64,000 nucleotides of DNA from Candidatus Omnitrophota bacterium. GTDB lineage: Bacteria; Omnitrophota; Omnitrophia; Omnitrophales; Aquincolibacteriaceae. Positions 42,440 to 52,341 of the stretch are shown in pieces. The notes beneath the pieces were generated by a model. That model was not told where the DNA came from. It saw only the letters and a program-made list of their open reading frames with translations, and did not search any database. Each line of letters opens with the position of its first letter. Positions within the stretch are counted from its first letter, which is position 1. The position numbers and the translations under genes are program-made. The stretch lies in the NCBI GenBank assembly GCA_903856085.1, contig CAIOAT010000004.1, positions 20,722-84,721 on the forward strand. Direction: 5' to 3'.

Positions 42440-43282
42440 ATGCCCAGCATGGATCCGAAGAAAACCCCGTTTGATGCGCTGCCGACCGCGTCCAAAACAA
42501 AAATCGAGCAGGCGTTCAATCTGGAACGTGAAGCGCATCGCCTCCGGGGAGACAGCAAAATTGACCAAGCCTTTCAGGCTTTTGACCAGGCGGCCAAGCT
42601 TTTTCAGGAGGTGAACGAGCCTCTCAAAGCCGCGGTCTGTTTTTCTTCTGCCGCGACATGCTGGAATATTCACACCGGTTGGCAACCCCTCCGTAATGCC
42701 GCCACGCGCAATGAATCTGCCGCGCTTCAGGCCCTTAAGGCCCAAGACTACGCCTATTCGGAAACGCTTTTCAGCGAAGCCGCGCTCCTTTATGAAAAAG
42801 AAGGAGATTTCACGAAATATTCTTATTGTTACCGGCGTGCCAAGGACGTCCGGCTCACTCGTTTGTGGAAGATCTTCACGCAGATGCAGGGACAGGGTTC
42901 CCCCGCGGTTGGGCTCCGATCGGTTTCGTGGAAGGAACGAGTGTCCATCGGCACGAGTTGGGTCTTGGGTTCGATGAATCGGTTGATCTGGGGTTACGGA
43001 GAAATGCCTTTCCGCACATTCGGCATCGCCTGCGTTGTTATTACGGTAGGCGCTTTCTGTTACTATGTCTCCGGCCTGATTCTGACCGGTGGCTTCGTGC
43101 AGAAGATCGATCTTTTCGAATCATTCTATATGAGTATGACCACTTACACGACCTTGGGTTATGGGGACTATCTTCCGATGGGCTGGGTCCGCGGCGTCGC
43201 GGCGCTGGAAGCTCTTTCGGGCATTTTGCTCACACCCCTTTTTCTGATCGCTCTGACCCGTCGCTATCTCAGGACCCGATAA
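42440..43282 (+). CDS. two-TM potassium channel family protein with N-terminal cytoplasmic domain
   Basis: Selectivity filter TTLGYGDY between two TM helices at the C-terminus. The start is chosen at the ATG after RBS aagggg. The ORF-track start at 42158 overlaps glgA and is rejected. Confidence 0.6.
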   Translation: MPSMDPKKTPFDALPTASKTKIEQAFNLEREAHRLRGDSKIDQAFQAFDQAAKLFQEVNEPLKAAVCFSSAATCWNIHTGWQPLRNAATRNESAALQALKAQDYAYSETLFSEAALLYEKEGDFTKYSYCYRRAKDVRLTRLWKIFTQMQGQGSPAVGLRSVSWKERVSIGTSWVLGSMNRLIWGYGEMPFRTFGIACVVITVGAFCYYVSGLILTGGFVQKIDLFESFYMSMTTYTTLGYGDYLPMGWVRGVAALEALSGILLTPLFLIALTRRYLRTR

Positions 43283-43309
43283 AACACACAACGCCCAAAG
43301 GAGAAATCA

Positions 43310-43849
43310 ATGAGCCGCATTCAACCGTTGGACCCGGAAAAAGCGCAAGGCAAGACCCAAGAACTTTTGACGGCGATCAAGGCCAAGTCGGGGCGTGTTC
43401 CCAATATCCTCAAGACCATGGCCCATTCGTCCGTGGCGCTTCAAGCCTATATGGGACTCTCCGGAGCTTTTGCCGACGCGAAGCTGCCTCTCAAATTGCG
43501 CGAACAGATCGCGCTTGCCGTAGGGGAGGACAATCAATGTCATTATTGCGTCGCGGCACACTCCGCGATCGGGAAACTTTCAGGGCTTACGCCTGAGGAG
43601 ATCGAAGCGGGCCGCAGGGCCAACTCCCGGGATCCCAAAACGGACGCGATCCTCAAATTTGCCAAAAGGCTTTCGTCTCATCGTGGAAATATCACCGATC
43701 CGGAATGGGCGGAAATTCGAAAAGCAGGTTGTTCGGACGAGGAAATCCTTGAGATCATCACGGCCGTTTCGCTCAACCTTTTCACCAATTATGTGAACCA
43801 TGTGGCGGAAACAGCGATCGATTTTCCGCAGGTTCTGCCGCTCTCATAA
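43310..43849 (+). CDS. carboxymuconolactone decarboxylase / AhpD-like peroxidase family protein
   Basis: CxxC..H motif as NQCHYCVAAHS, typical of the AhpD core. Confidence 0.7.
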   Translation: MSRIQPLDPEKAQGKTQELLTAIKAKSGRVPNILKTMAHSSVALQAYMGLSGAFADAKLPLKLREQIALAVGEDNQCHYCVAAHSAIGKLSGLTPEEIEAGRRANSRDPKTDAILKFAKRLSSHRGNITDPEWAEIRKAGCSDEEILEIITAVSLNLFTNYVNHVAETAIDFPQVLPLS

Positions 43850-43855
43850 ACTCTT

Positions 43856-44434
43856 ATGAAACTATTAAAGTCTCTGGATTCACTTATCCTGCGCGAGAAA
43901 AAAAAATACTCCGGCATTCCGGAAAACTGGAAGTTAAAGCCCGTTTGCTGTCTTTCGGATGCCTCCGAAGAGGAGGTCTATTACGCGGCCTCGGAGGGCG
44001 GGACGGTTTCGGAGCTGGCTGCTTTTCGCAAATCGTATGCGTTCACGCTTTATCTCCTCAACCGGAAAGGGGAGGAGAATCTTTATTTTAAGAAAAACGC
44101 CGGACTTTTTGCAAATAAGATAGAGATCTTTGACGCGGCTGAGAATCTGCTCGGCTCTGTTCAGAAACAAGGGTCTTCGAAAACGCACTTTCAGGTCCTG
44201 GATGCGGGTGGAAATGTTCTTTACACCATTGAAGGTCCTCCCGTGAATCCCGAGACCTTTCATATACGGAAGGGCAACGCCACATTAGGCAAGATCAGCA
44301 AGCGGCCGACCCCCACCGTGGAAGAGGGCGTGTCCCGCAACGATCATTTCGGGATTGTGTTTCCGTTTGCCGCCGACACGGCGGAAAAAAGCATTCTCCT
44401 GGGCGCTCTTTTTTTGATCGACCTCACGTTTTAA
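43856..44434 (+). CDS. hypothetical protein (possibly tubby-like LOR/scramblase fold)
   Basis: 192 aa. Weak resemblance to LURP-one-related/scramblase proteins. Not firmly recognised. Confidence 0.3.
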   Translation: MKLLKSLDSLILREKKKYSGIPENWKLKPVCCLSDASEEEVYYAASEGGTVSELAAFRKSYAFTLYLLNRKGEENLYFKKNAGLFANKIEIFDAAENLLGSVQKQGSSKTHFQVLDAGGNVLYTIEGPPVNPETFHIRKGNATLGKISKRPTPTVEEGVSRNDHFGIVFPFAADTAEKSILLGALFLIDLTF

Positions 44435-44638
44435 AGCGAAAGCGCCAGATTTCCCTGCCTCAATAAAAATCAAAATAACCATTCTAGTGCCATTTTGGAT
44501 CATTTAAAGCTATTAATTGCTATGTATTGCTGTTATTATGGCTATTAACTTATATAAACAGTGTTATTTATTAACAAGTTTATAAGAAGCTATTGACTAC
44601 AGCCGATCTGTAGAGTACTTTTCTATTGGAGAGACATA

Positions 44639-45589
44639 ATGAAAAAAGGAAATGTTTTAGACCAACAATTGGGATGTGTGAAAGCCTGGGATTGGAGTCC
44701 GGAGATGCGAGATCCGAGCTTTGCTTTCGAGACTTTTGACGCTGAAGCATTGATGGGCCGGCAAGTCACAAGTCACATGTCTCGAGTTCTCGCGTCGAAA
44801 TCGGATTGGAAAAAATTAGTCGCTCTCAGCACAGCTTTCATATTCCTCTGGTCCATGTGCATCACCCCCGTGATGGCCGAGACGATCAAGCTGGAAGGCG
44901 GATCGGTGGAGGTGAATGTCCAGGACAACACAACGAATTGGAAAGTGCAGGGCAACCCGGTGTGGAATGTTCCGGAGTTCAATGTCGCTCAGGGAAGTAT
45001 TTACAATATCGCGGGTCTTGGCACCGGCTCAAGCCTTGCGCTTTTGGTGAATGGCGGTAGCGCGTCCAACATCTTTGGCACCATGAATTTATTCAACCTC
45101 GATTTTATCCTTCAGAATATCGCCGGCATCAATATCGGCAGAAGTGCCATGATCAATCTCAATAGCGCTTCTCTTATAGCTTCAACCCTGCCGCTTAACT
45201 TGAGCGCGACGGATTTTCTGGCGCGCAACTATCAGTTCAGTGGGCAGGGTGCGTTCTTATCCAATGCCGGCCACATCATCGGTACGAATGCGAATCTCGT
45301 GGCCCTTGTATCCAATACCATCGAGAACACAGGAACGATCGAAGTTCCGATGGGCACCGTGGCCCTGGCTGCGGGGAACACCGTGCAGTCGGTATTTCAG
45401 CAGACGGTCTCGTGTCGATCGGCGTCGATGAGGCTACGGCGAATAAGCTCGGCCTTGCGGACCAGATCAAGAATAGCGGTACGATCTCGGCCCAGGGCGG
45501 CAAGGTTGTTCTTAACGCCAAAGCCGTCGACGGACTTTTTGAAAAGGCGATCAACATCGCCCCAGGAGCCAATGCCACGGCTGTGGTGA
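44639..45589 (+). CDS. N-terminal segment of the giant exoprotein: extended signal peptide plus TPS (filamentous haemagglutinin N-terminal) domain. The frame is lost near 45395 and the remainder of this ORF is out-of-frame read-through.
   Basis: About 55-aa N-terminal extension, then classical signal peptide LVALSTAFIFLWSMCITPVMA. EFNVAQGSIYNI..LLVNGGSASNIFG..NIAGINIG..NLNSASLIAST parallels the TPS-domain pattern (FNV..G.vfNN, NPNGI, LtT). The last 60 aa are Arg-rich low complexity. Confidence 0.6.
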   Translation: MKKGNVLDQQLGCVKAWDWSPEMRDPSFAFETFDAEALMGRQVTSHMSRVLASKSDWKKLVALSTAFIFLWSMCITPVMAETIKLEGGSVEVNVQDNTTNWKVQGNPVWNVPEFNVAQGSIYNIAGLGTGSSLALLVNGGSASNIFGTMNLFNLDFILQNIAGINIGRSAMINLNSASLIASTLPLNLSATDFLARNYQFSGQGAFLSNAGHIIGTNANLVALVSNTIENTGTIEVPMGTVALAAGNTVQSVFQQTVSCRSASMRLRRISSALRTRSRIAVRSRPRAARLFLTPKPSTDFLKRRSTSPQEPMPRLW

Positions 45590-48500
45590 AGTCCGATGAT
45601 GGCGTGATCGAATTTGTTGCACAGGGGAACATCCTGAATCAGGGAACTGTGCAGGCCAAACGCGGCGAGATCAAAATGGAAGCTACGGGCGACATTGAGA
45701 CGCGTGGAAGTCTTGTGGCTTCCCGTTTTTCTGAGAAGGCCGCTGCCTTCAAGATCAGCGGGCTCTATATGGTCGGCATTTCGTCCCACAACAATCTGGA
45801 TAATGCCATCACCTATACCGGCAACACCACGGTTTCCGGCACGATCGAGGACGTGGACGATATTATCATCAATGCCGGCGTGACCATCACTTTGGCCGGT
45901 GATACGAGCTTCGTCGCCGATTCCGATCAGAATTACAGCCTCACCGGGCACAACACCGGAGCTTTCACCATGGGCGCGGGTTCGTCGATCGACGGTACGG
46001 CCGGGCATCACTATAACCTGTCGATTAGCGCCTCCAAAGTATCGCACCTCTATAACATTGCGAATGTCGGCTCTCTGACCCTCGGTGCATCTAGGACTGG
46101 CTCCAATCCTTCTTACGTCATGCATAACGCTATTTCCACCGCCAGTGATTTTACGTTGAACAAAGGAACCGCGACGCTCGCGGGCGGCGATCTGACGGTC
46201 GGAGGTATTTTTACGGTTGGAGAAGGCGCGATTTTCAACGAAACGACCGATATGGCAGGCGCTAATGCGTATGTCGCCCATTTCGGTTCAGACGATATTG
46301 TCGGAACTTATCGGAATGTTAGTAACGGAACTGCTGCGATGCGCGTGGCCTCGGTTTCAGATCTGCAGGCCGTGCGTGATGTCCTTGACCAGAACTATGT
46401 TCAGACAGGCGACATCTCGGGCGTTGGGGATTTCACGAACTATATCATCGGTGATGGCGATACTCCTTTCACCGGCACGTTTAACGGCAACGGGTATACG
46501 ATCGACAGTCTTACCCTCAACACGGGTGCCGATAACGTCGGTCTCTTCGGCTACACGAGCGGCGCCACGATCCAGAATGTCGGACTTATCCATGTTAATG
46601 TCACGGGCGTTAGTAACGTCGGCGGTCTTGTGGGACATAACAGTGCTTCTTCTACGATTGATAATTCGTATGTGGAAGGAGATGTCGTCGCGAATGGGGG
46701 GGATTACGGAGGGGGACTTGTTGGTGACAATGAAGGAACTATCACCAATTCCTACACGAGTGGGAGCGTGTCAGGCGGTTATTACAACATTGGAGGGCTT
46801 GCCGGAGGCAACTATGGCGGCGCAATCGATAGCTCTCATTCGAGTAGCAGCGTATCCGGTCAACATAGCACAGGCGGTCTTGTCGGGAGTAATGAAGGTG
46901 GGTCGATCACCCATTCTTACGCCACGGGGGATGTTTACGGCGAAAATTATGCAACAGGGGGACTTGTCGGACAAAATGGATATCTGGTTTCGGGCAGTAT
47001 AGACAATTCCTACGCCACCGGAGATGTTACTTCGTCAGGCAGCCAGGTGGGCGGTCTTGTCGGATACTCCTGGGGAACGACTCGCGGTTCGATCTCCAAC
47101 TCTTACGCCACGGGGGATGTGAGTGCTGACGGAGCCGTCGGCGGTTTAGTCGGCGTTCTCAATAATGAAGACCTTTTAAATTCCTATGCCACGGGAAATG
47201 TGACTGGGGGTTCGGACGTAGGTGGCCTCGTGGGGCTTAGCCTCCTTTCTTTTGTCGAAAATAGCTACGCTAAAGGGACTGTCATCGGCACTGATCGGGT
47301 CGGTGGTCTTGTAGGACAGAACGAAGGGACCATCTCTAAATCCTACGCCACAGCGAATGTTAACGAAACCGGTGGTGGCTCCACCGAAGGTGCTGGTGGC
47401 CTTGTGGGATTTAATGAGGGAATTATTTCCGAATCCTATGCCACAGGTTCGGTTCTCGGCAATTACATTGCTGGCGGGTTGGTAGGCTGGAACAGCAGTA
47501 CAATTTCTAACTCTTACGCTACCGGCACCGTGGGAGGGAGTCAATATGCGGGTGGTCTTGTTGGGGTTAATGATAATTTATCCCAAATCGATAATTCCTA
47601 TGCCACGGGCCTTGTCAATAATGGCGTCGGAGGGGCTAACATCGGCGGTTTCATCGGGTTGAGTTTGAGTGATGCATACGCCGGTAACTTTTGGAATCAA
47701 GAGACGACCCAGCAGGGTTATGGGACGGGTGCTGGCGATGTCGATGGTATTACGGGAAAGACCACTCTTCCGATGGAAGATGTCACCACTTTTACGAACG
47801 CAGGATGGGATTTCAATGGGCTTTGGAAGATCAATGCGGGGGAAGCTCCGCACCTGATCTGGCAGGACATGACCTACAGTACCGACTTTATTGGTGGAAC
47901 TTCGGCGATGCCGATGCAGATCCACAATGTCAACGAGTTGCAGTTTATGAAGTACGAGCTCAGCAGTTCTTTTAAACTCGTTCAGGACATCGATGCTTCG
48001 AGCACGGTGGGATGGAATGGCGGCTTGGGATTTGCTACGGTTGGCGATATTAACAATTATTTTACAGGAACATTTGACGGGCAGGGTCACACGATCACAG
48101 GTCTCACGATCAATCGCTCGACGGGTTATCCGAACAACTTTTCTATCCCGGAATACTCGGATATCGGTCTTTTTGGCAGAACGGAAGGGGCGAAGATAAG
48201 CAATGTAGGTCTCCTCGACGTGAACATCACGGGAGACCTGTTTGTTGGCGGGCTTGTCGGTTGGAACGGCACCGGATCTTCCGTTACCAATTCTTATGTC
48301 ACAGGAAGCGTCGAGGGCTACTATGACCAGATCGGCGGTTTGGTAGGGCGAAATTTTCAGGGGGCCATTAGTAATTCTTATTCGAAAGCCACGGTTCGAG
48401 GACACTGGTGGTGGGTGGGAGGATTGGCAGGTATTTCCGACGGCGGCAGTATCACTAACTCCTATGCTGCTGGGGACGTCTACGACGATGTTGGGGGCGG

Positions 48501-51500
48501 CACTGGTGGTTTGTTAGGTCATAGCGGGGGCTCTTCGATCAGCAATTCGTATGCTGTCGGAAGCGTAAACGGCGTTTGGTATGTGGGTGGTTTAATCGGA
48601 TATGACGGGGGAGGGAACGCCTTTGCCAACAACTGGTGGTGGAAAAGCGCCGGACACAACGCCGGACTGAATGATACCGGGACTTCCGGTGATCTTCCTA
48701 ATACCCAGATTGCCACAGAAGAAACACTGTCTAATTTTTATTCTCCCGCTCACGCGGTGTACGCAATCGGTGCGGCAGGGCAATGGGATATTTTCACTCC
48801 CATTTGGGATATGTATGCGAATGAATTTCCAAGGTTGCATTTTGAAGGTCACAACGGCAACATCTATTCTGTGTGGAGCGGCGCTTCATCCGTCTGGTCT
48901 GCCGCCTCGAATTGGGTGGGGAATGCCTTGCCGGGTGACAATATTTTTATCAGTCATCGTACCTTTGATCCCATTGTGGATGCCGATGTTGCTTCTTCAA
49001 TCGTCATTATCAACTCTGGAGCAACGCTTGATCTTGGAAGTTTCAGTCTTTCCGGCGTTGTTACGAATTTGGGTACCGTAAAACTTGTCGGGGACAATAT
49101 CTCGGTATCGGCGATCACGGAAGGTACGGTCAATTATTACGGTACAGGCACCTATGCCGGCCTTAAAGCAGGTTATGACTATATGAACCTCATTTTTTCC
49201 GGCGTGGGCGGGACCTATACGATCAACAACTCCCTTACCACTTCAGGAGATATGACGATTGAGGCAGGCACCATCAATCAGAATGCCGGACTTTCCATCG
49301 GCGGCAATTTTTCCCAATCGGGTGGCACGCTTAATCAAAACGCCGGGCTTTCTGTCTTCGGAGGTTTCTTCAAATCCGGCGGCATATTCAATAATAATGC
49401 AGCGATTACTTTGGCCATGGATTTTCTCTCGCTGGTAGGAGGGACGTTCAACCAGAACGTGGCCATGATTCTTGCGAACTACAACCAAAGCGGCGGCGCC
49501 TTCAATCAAAATAATAATCTTTTCATCGGCGGTGATTATATCCAGACAGGTGGGACATTCATGGATGCTGCGCCGCTGGCGCATGCTTTCACCGTTGAAG
49601 GTAGTTTCTCACTGCCGTACGGGACGAACGCGTTCCGCCGTTACACGGGAGCGGGCACGACGAACGATCCTTTCGTGATCCGGAATCTTTACGATCTTCA
49701 GGGCCTGAAGGGGAATCTTACCTCGAATTTCAAATTAAACACGAGTCTGGATGCATCATCGATTTCCGGATGGAATGCCGACGCCGGTTTTGATCCGATC
49801 GGGGACGCGACACACGCATTCACGGGAACCTTGAGTGGTTTTGGGAAAGTGATCTCGAACCTCACGATGCATTGGGAGGGGAACGATTACGTGGGTCTTT
49901 TCGGGAATATCGGTGTCGGTGGTTTGGTGAGCGAACTTGCGCTCGAAAAAGTGAGCTCGTATGGCCGTCATTATGTCGGAGGTCTGGCGGGTCTTAATGA
50001 AGGCACGCTTTCGAATGTTTACACGACGGGATCTTTTACGGTCAGCGGTGTGAATTTTGTTGGAGGTCTTGTGGGAGGGAACACGGGCTCGATCGCGAAC
50101 GCTTATTCCAGTGCTCGCGTGGTTGGGACAGATACCGTGGGCGGTTTGGCAGGTTTCAATACCGGAACGATCCAAAAGACTTACGCAATGGGTCAAGTGA
50201 CGGGTTCTTCCAATACCGGCGGCCTTGTCGGTACCGGCACCGGAACTGTGGCGAATTCTTTTTGGAGTCAGAAAATGACCGGGCAAGCGACAAGCGCCGG
50301 AGGGACCGCGGGTAAAGTGATCGGTATCACGACCAATGACGAGGGCTATGCGGTTCCGGATCCCGAAGATGTCGCGGATCCGGCTTCCGATATGATGAGC
50401 TCCGGCACGTTCTCGGGATGGGATTTCGGGAGCACCTGGGTGATGGACGAAGGCGGGTCTTTCCCCCACTTCCAGTTCCGTTTTCCTGAGGGTGTGCGCG
50501 GGGTTTGGGGAGTTGTCTATAACACGGAGGGTGCTACCACGGAGGCCGGCAGGACTGTTGATCTTTACGTAAACACAAATTCTTTGGACACGACCGGTCT
50601 TGGGACCCAGGTGGATACCACGAGGAGCACCGCGGACGGGATGTATTATTTTGTGATGGGAGCGAATGATGTTCAGGCCCAAGATTGGGTGATCGGCAAG
50701 CTGAACGGTGGGGACAATTTTACGGGGAACACCCGGATGCCCGCCGAAACGGGGAGCATCAAAGAACTGGATATTTGGGGGACCCTGGCGCGGATGATTC
50801 CCCATCCGAAAGAGCCGCCGCCGATTCGCATTCCCGCGAATGAGTCCTTGCAAGAGGCCCAGGGGGAGGTTAACCGGAGCCTTCAAAGTCTGATGAACAA
50901 CACCGGCCAAATAGCCTCGCTTGAAGGAGTCTGGGGCAAGGCGTCGGATGTTCAGATCCAGGATCAAACGCTATCCGTTTCTGGGATAGAGATGACTATT
51001 TCTGAAAACGCTTGGATTTCTTTTTATGACGAATCCGCGCCGGGGATTGAACCGGTTCCGACGTTCACTTTGACCCATGTTGGGACGGAAACCGCGGGGC
51101 TCCAGTCCGGGAGTACGAAATCGGTGATGCTTGAGATCGCTGAAAATCTCGTGCAATCTCCGAAAGGACGTGAGGCCTCCGGGAGCGCGGAGTCCTCCTC
51201 TGTTTCGTCAGCAGGTGGACAGGCAACCGATGCGACCGATTCTGCCAATGCCGCGGCTCAAGCAAGTGATGAGTCAACGGGCAGCGATGCGGCGGCTTCG
51301 CCTGCGACTGAAGCCGCGGATGAAAATGCCGATGCGGCTGGCCAGAAAGCTTTGGCGGCGGACGAACAGACGGACGAAAACGCAGAAGCTGTCGACCAGG
51401 CAGTTTCTGCAAACGATGAGCAAGCGACAGAGAGTCAAACTTCTCCGGAAAAAAACGCGGCAAGCTCCGCGGATCGTGGCGCAAAGAGCAGCTCCAACTT

Positions 51501-52341
51501 TTTTGGTGAGGAAGCGAAAAAATTCCTGACGGATGTTCGAGTGATCGATGGAGTGGTGTATGTGGTGGATAGCGCCAGCGAGGTATCCCTTTTGACTCCC
51601 GGAGAATCGGTGCGTGTACTTTTCAAGGAGCAGTCGGGTCTTGTGAAAGCCAGGGGGACGGCTTCTGTCGCGGGAGTTCTAGATCCAATACCCATGCCTG
51701 TGAAGGCTGATCCGTTGCCGGTACTGGCCGTGAAAACGGATCCGCCGCCGTTGATGGCTCTAAAGGCGGACCCATCGGATGCTCGTATCAAAGCCGATTT
51801 TTCGACAGTGAGCGTGAAAACCAACCCGCCGGAAACGGTTGAGAAGGTCGATTTGCCTGTGAAGGCTGCCAATGTCCCGCCGATGTTCACGCCGCAGGAG
51901 CCCAAGGATATTGCAAAGCTCGGGCTGTTTGCGGTTCAGAGAACGACAAATAGCGGAGTGCGGTACGGAACTCTGAAGAATCCTGGGAAGAACGTATTTG
52001 TGAAATGTCCGGGCGGGGAATGGCAGGCGGCGAAGGAGGGCATGATCATTCTTCCGGGAGATGAGGTCCGGACAGCGGCTCAAAGCTCCGTGGAGGTGTT
52101 GCTGGATGATGGCAAGGTCGGGCAGCTTAAGATCCAGGAAGGGAGTTTATTCCGCATCAATAAAGCCGAGACGAACCCCGCGACCGAAGGCAAAACAACG
52201 CTCCTGGATCTCGCGATCGGGAAGATGTTGATCAAGGTCGGGAAGCTCAAAGGGGACTCGAAGTTTGAGGTCCGCACTCCGACTGCGCTCACCGGCGTCC
52301 GTGGTACCGTTTTCGAGGTGACCGTGAAGGAAAAAGTTTAA
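45412..52341 (+). CDS. giant surface/exoprotein body: filamentous beta-helix, more than 30 GLUG-motif repeats, beta-helix NQN repeats, acidic linker, VKxDP repeats and a C-terminal FecR-like domain. Continuous with 44639..45403 apart from a -1 frameshift.
   Basis: Recurring about 27-aa unit NSYATGxVxGxxxVGGLVGxNxGxI (GLUG motif). GGTxNQNAGLSIGGNF repeats. D/E/A-rich stretch near 51180-51500. VKADPLPVLAVKTDPPPLMALKADP repeats. C-terminal LPGDEVRT..VLLDDG..RTPTALTGVRGTVFEVTV matches the FecR domain pattern. Confidence 0.7.
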   Translation: MSIGVDEATANKLGLADQIKNSGTISAQGGKVVLNAKAVDGLFEKAINIAPGANATAVVKSDDGVIEFVAQGNILNQGTVQAKRGEIKMEATGDIETRGSLVASRFSEKAAAFKISGLYMVGISSHNNLDNAITYTGNTTVSGTIEDVDDIIINAGVTITLAGDTSFVADSDQNYSLTGHNTGAFTMGAGSSIDGTAGHHYNLSISASKVSHLYNIANVGSLTLGASRTGSNPSYVMHNAISTASDFTLNKGTATLAGGDLTVGGIFTVGEGAIFNETTDMAGANAYVAHFGSDDIVGTYRNVSNGTAAMRVASVSDLQAVRDVLDQNYVQTGDISGVGDFTNYIIGDGDTPFTGTFNGNGYTIDSLTLNTGADNVGLFGYTSGATIQNVGLIHVNVTGVSNVGGLVGHNSASSTIDNSYVEGDVVANGGDYGGGLVGDNEGTITNSYTSGSVSGGYYNIGGLAGGNYGGAIDSSHSSSSVSGQHSTGGLVGSNEGGSITHSYATGDVYGENYATGGLVGQNGYLVSGSIDNSYATGDVTSSGSQVGGLVGYSWGTTRGSISNSYATGDVSADGAVGGLVGVLNNEDLLNSYATGNVTGGSDVGGLVGLSLLSFVENSYAKGTVIGTDRVGGLVGQNEGTISKSYATANVNETGGGSTEGAGGLVGFNEGIISESYATGSVLGNYIAGGLVGWNSSTISNSYATGTVGGSQYAGGLVGVNDNLSQIDNSYATGLVNNGVGGANIGGFIGLSLSDAYAGNFWNQETTQQGYGTGAGDVDGITGKTTLPMEDVTTFTNAGWDFNGLWKINAGEAPHLIWQDMTYSTDFIGGTSAMPMQIHNVNELQFMKYELSSSFKLVQDIDASSTVGWNGGLGFATVGDINNYFTGTFDGQGHTITGLTINRSTGYPNNFSIPEYSDIGLFGRTEGAKISNVGLLDVNITGDLFVGGLVGWNGTGSSVTNSYVTGSVEGYYDQIGGLVGRNFQGAISNSYSKATVRGHWWWVGGLAGISDGGSITNSYAAGDVYDDVGGGTGGLLGHSGGSSISNSYAVGSVNGVWYVGGLIGYDGGGNAFANNWWWKSAGHNAGLNDTGTSGDLPNTQIATEETLSNFYSPAHAVYAIGAAGQWDIFTPIWDMYANEFPRLHFEGHNGNIYSVWSGASSVWSAASNWVGNALPGDNIFISHRTFDPIVDADVASSIVIINSGATLDLGSFSLSGVVTNLGTVKLVGDNISVSAITEGTVNYYGTGTYAGLKAGYDYMNLIFSGVGGTYTINNSLTTSGDMTIEAGTINQNAGLSIGGNFSQSGGTLNQNAGLSVFGGFFKSGGIFNNNAAITLAMDFLSLVGGTFNQNVAMILANYNQSGGAFNQNNNLFIGGDYIQTGGTFMDAAPLAHAFTVEGSFSLPYGTNAFRRYTGAGTTNDPFVIRNLYDLQGLKGNLTSNFKLNTSLDASSISGWNADAGFDPIGDATHAFTGTLSGFGKVISNLTMHWEGNDYVGLFGNIGVGGLVSELALEKVSSYGRHYVGGLAGLNEGTLSNVYTTGSFTVSGVNFVGGLVGGNTGSIANAYSSARVVGTDTVGGLAGFNTGTIQKTYAMGQVTGSSNTGGLVGTGTGTVANSFWSQKMTGQATSAGGTAGKVIGITTNDEGYAVPDPEDVADPASDMMSSGTFSGWDFGSTWVMDEGGSFPHFQFRFPEGVRGVWGVVYNTEGATTEAGRTVDLYVNTNSLDTTGLGTQVDTTRSTADGMYYFVMGANDVQAQDWVIGKLNGGDNFTGNTRMPAETGSIKELDIWGTLARMIPHPKEPPPIRIPANESLQEAQGEVNRSLQSLMNNTGQIASLEGVWGKASDVQIQDQTLSVSGIEMTISENAWISFYDESAPGIEPVPTFTLTHVGTETAGLQSGSTKSVMLEIAENLVQSPKGREASGSAESSSVSSAGGQATDATDSANAAAQASDESTGSDAAASPATEAADENADAAGQKALAADEQTDENAEAVDQAVSANDEQATESQTSPEKNAASSADRGAKSSSNFFGEEAKKFLTDVRVIDGVVYVVDSASEVSLLTPGESVRVLFKEQSGLVKARGTASVAGVLDPIPMPVKADPLPVLAVKTDPPPLMALKADPSDARIKADFSTVSVKTNPPETVEKVDLPVKAANVPPMFTPQEPKDIAKLGLFAVQRTTNSGVRYGTLKNPGKNVFVKCPGGEWQAAKEGMIILPGDEVRTAAQSSVEVLLDDGKVGQLKIQEGSLFRINKAETNPATEGKTTLLDLAIGKMLIKVGKLKGDSKFEVRTPTALTGVRGTVFEVTVKEKV

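Noticed and set aside
45397-46281. 294-aa ORF on the minus strand inside the giant exoprotein gene (also 47578..48405 and 49756..50967 minus-strand ORFs)
   Set aside because: They are antisense to a strongly supported repeat-rich coding region. Their translations are Arg/Gly-rich low complexity, as expected for GC-rich antisense frames.
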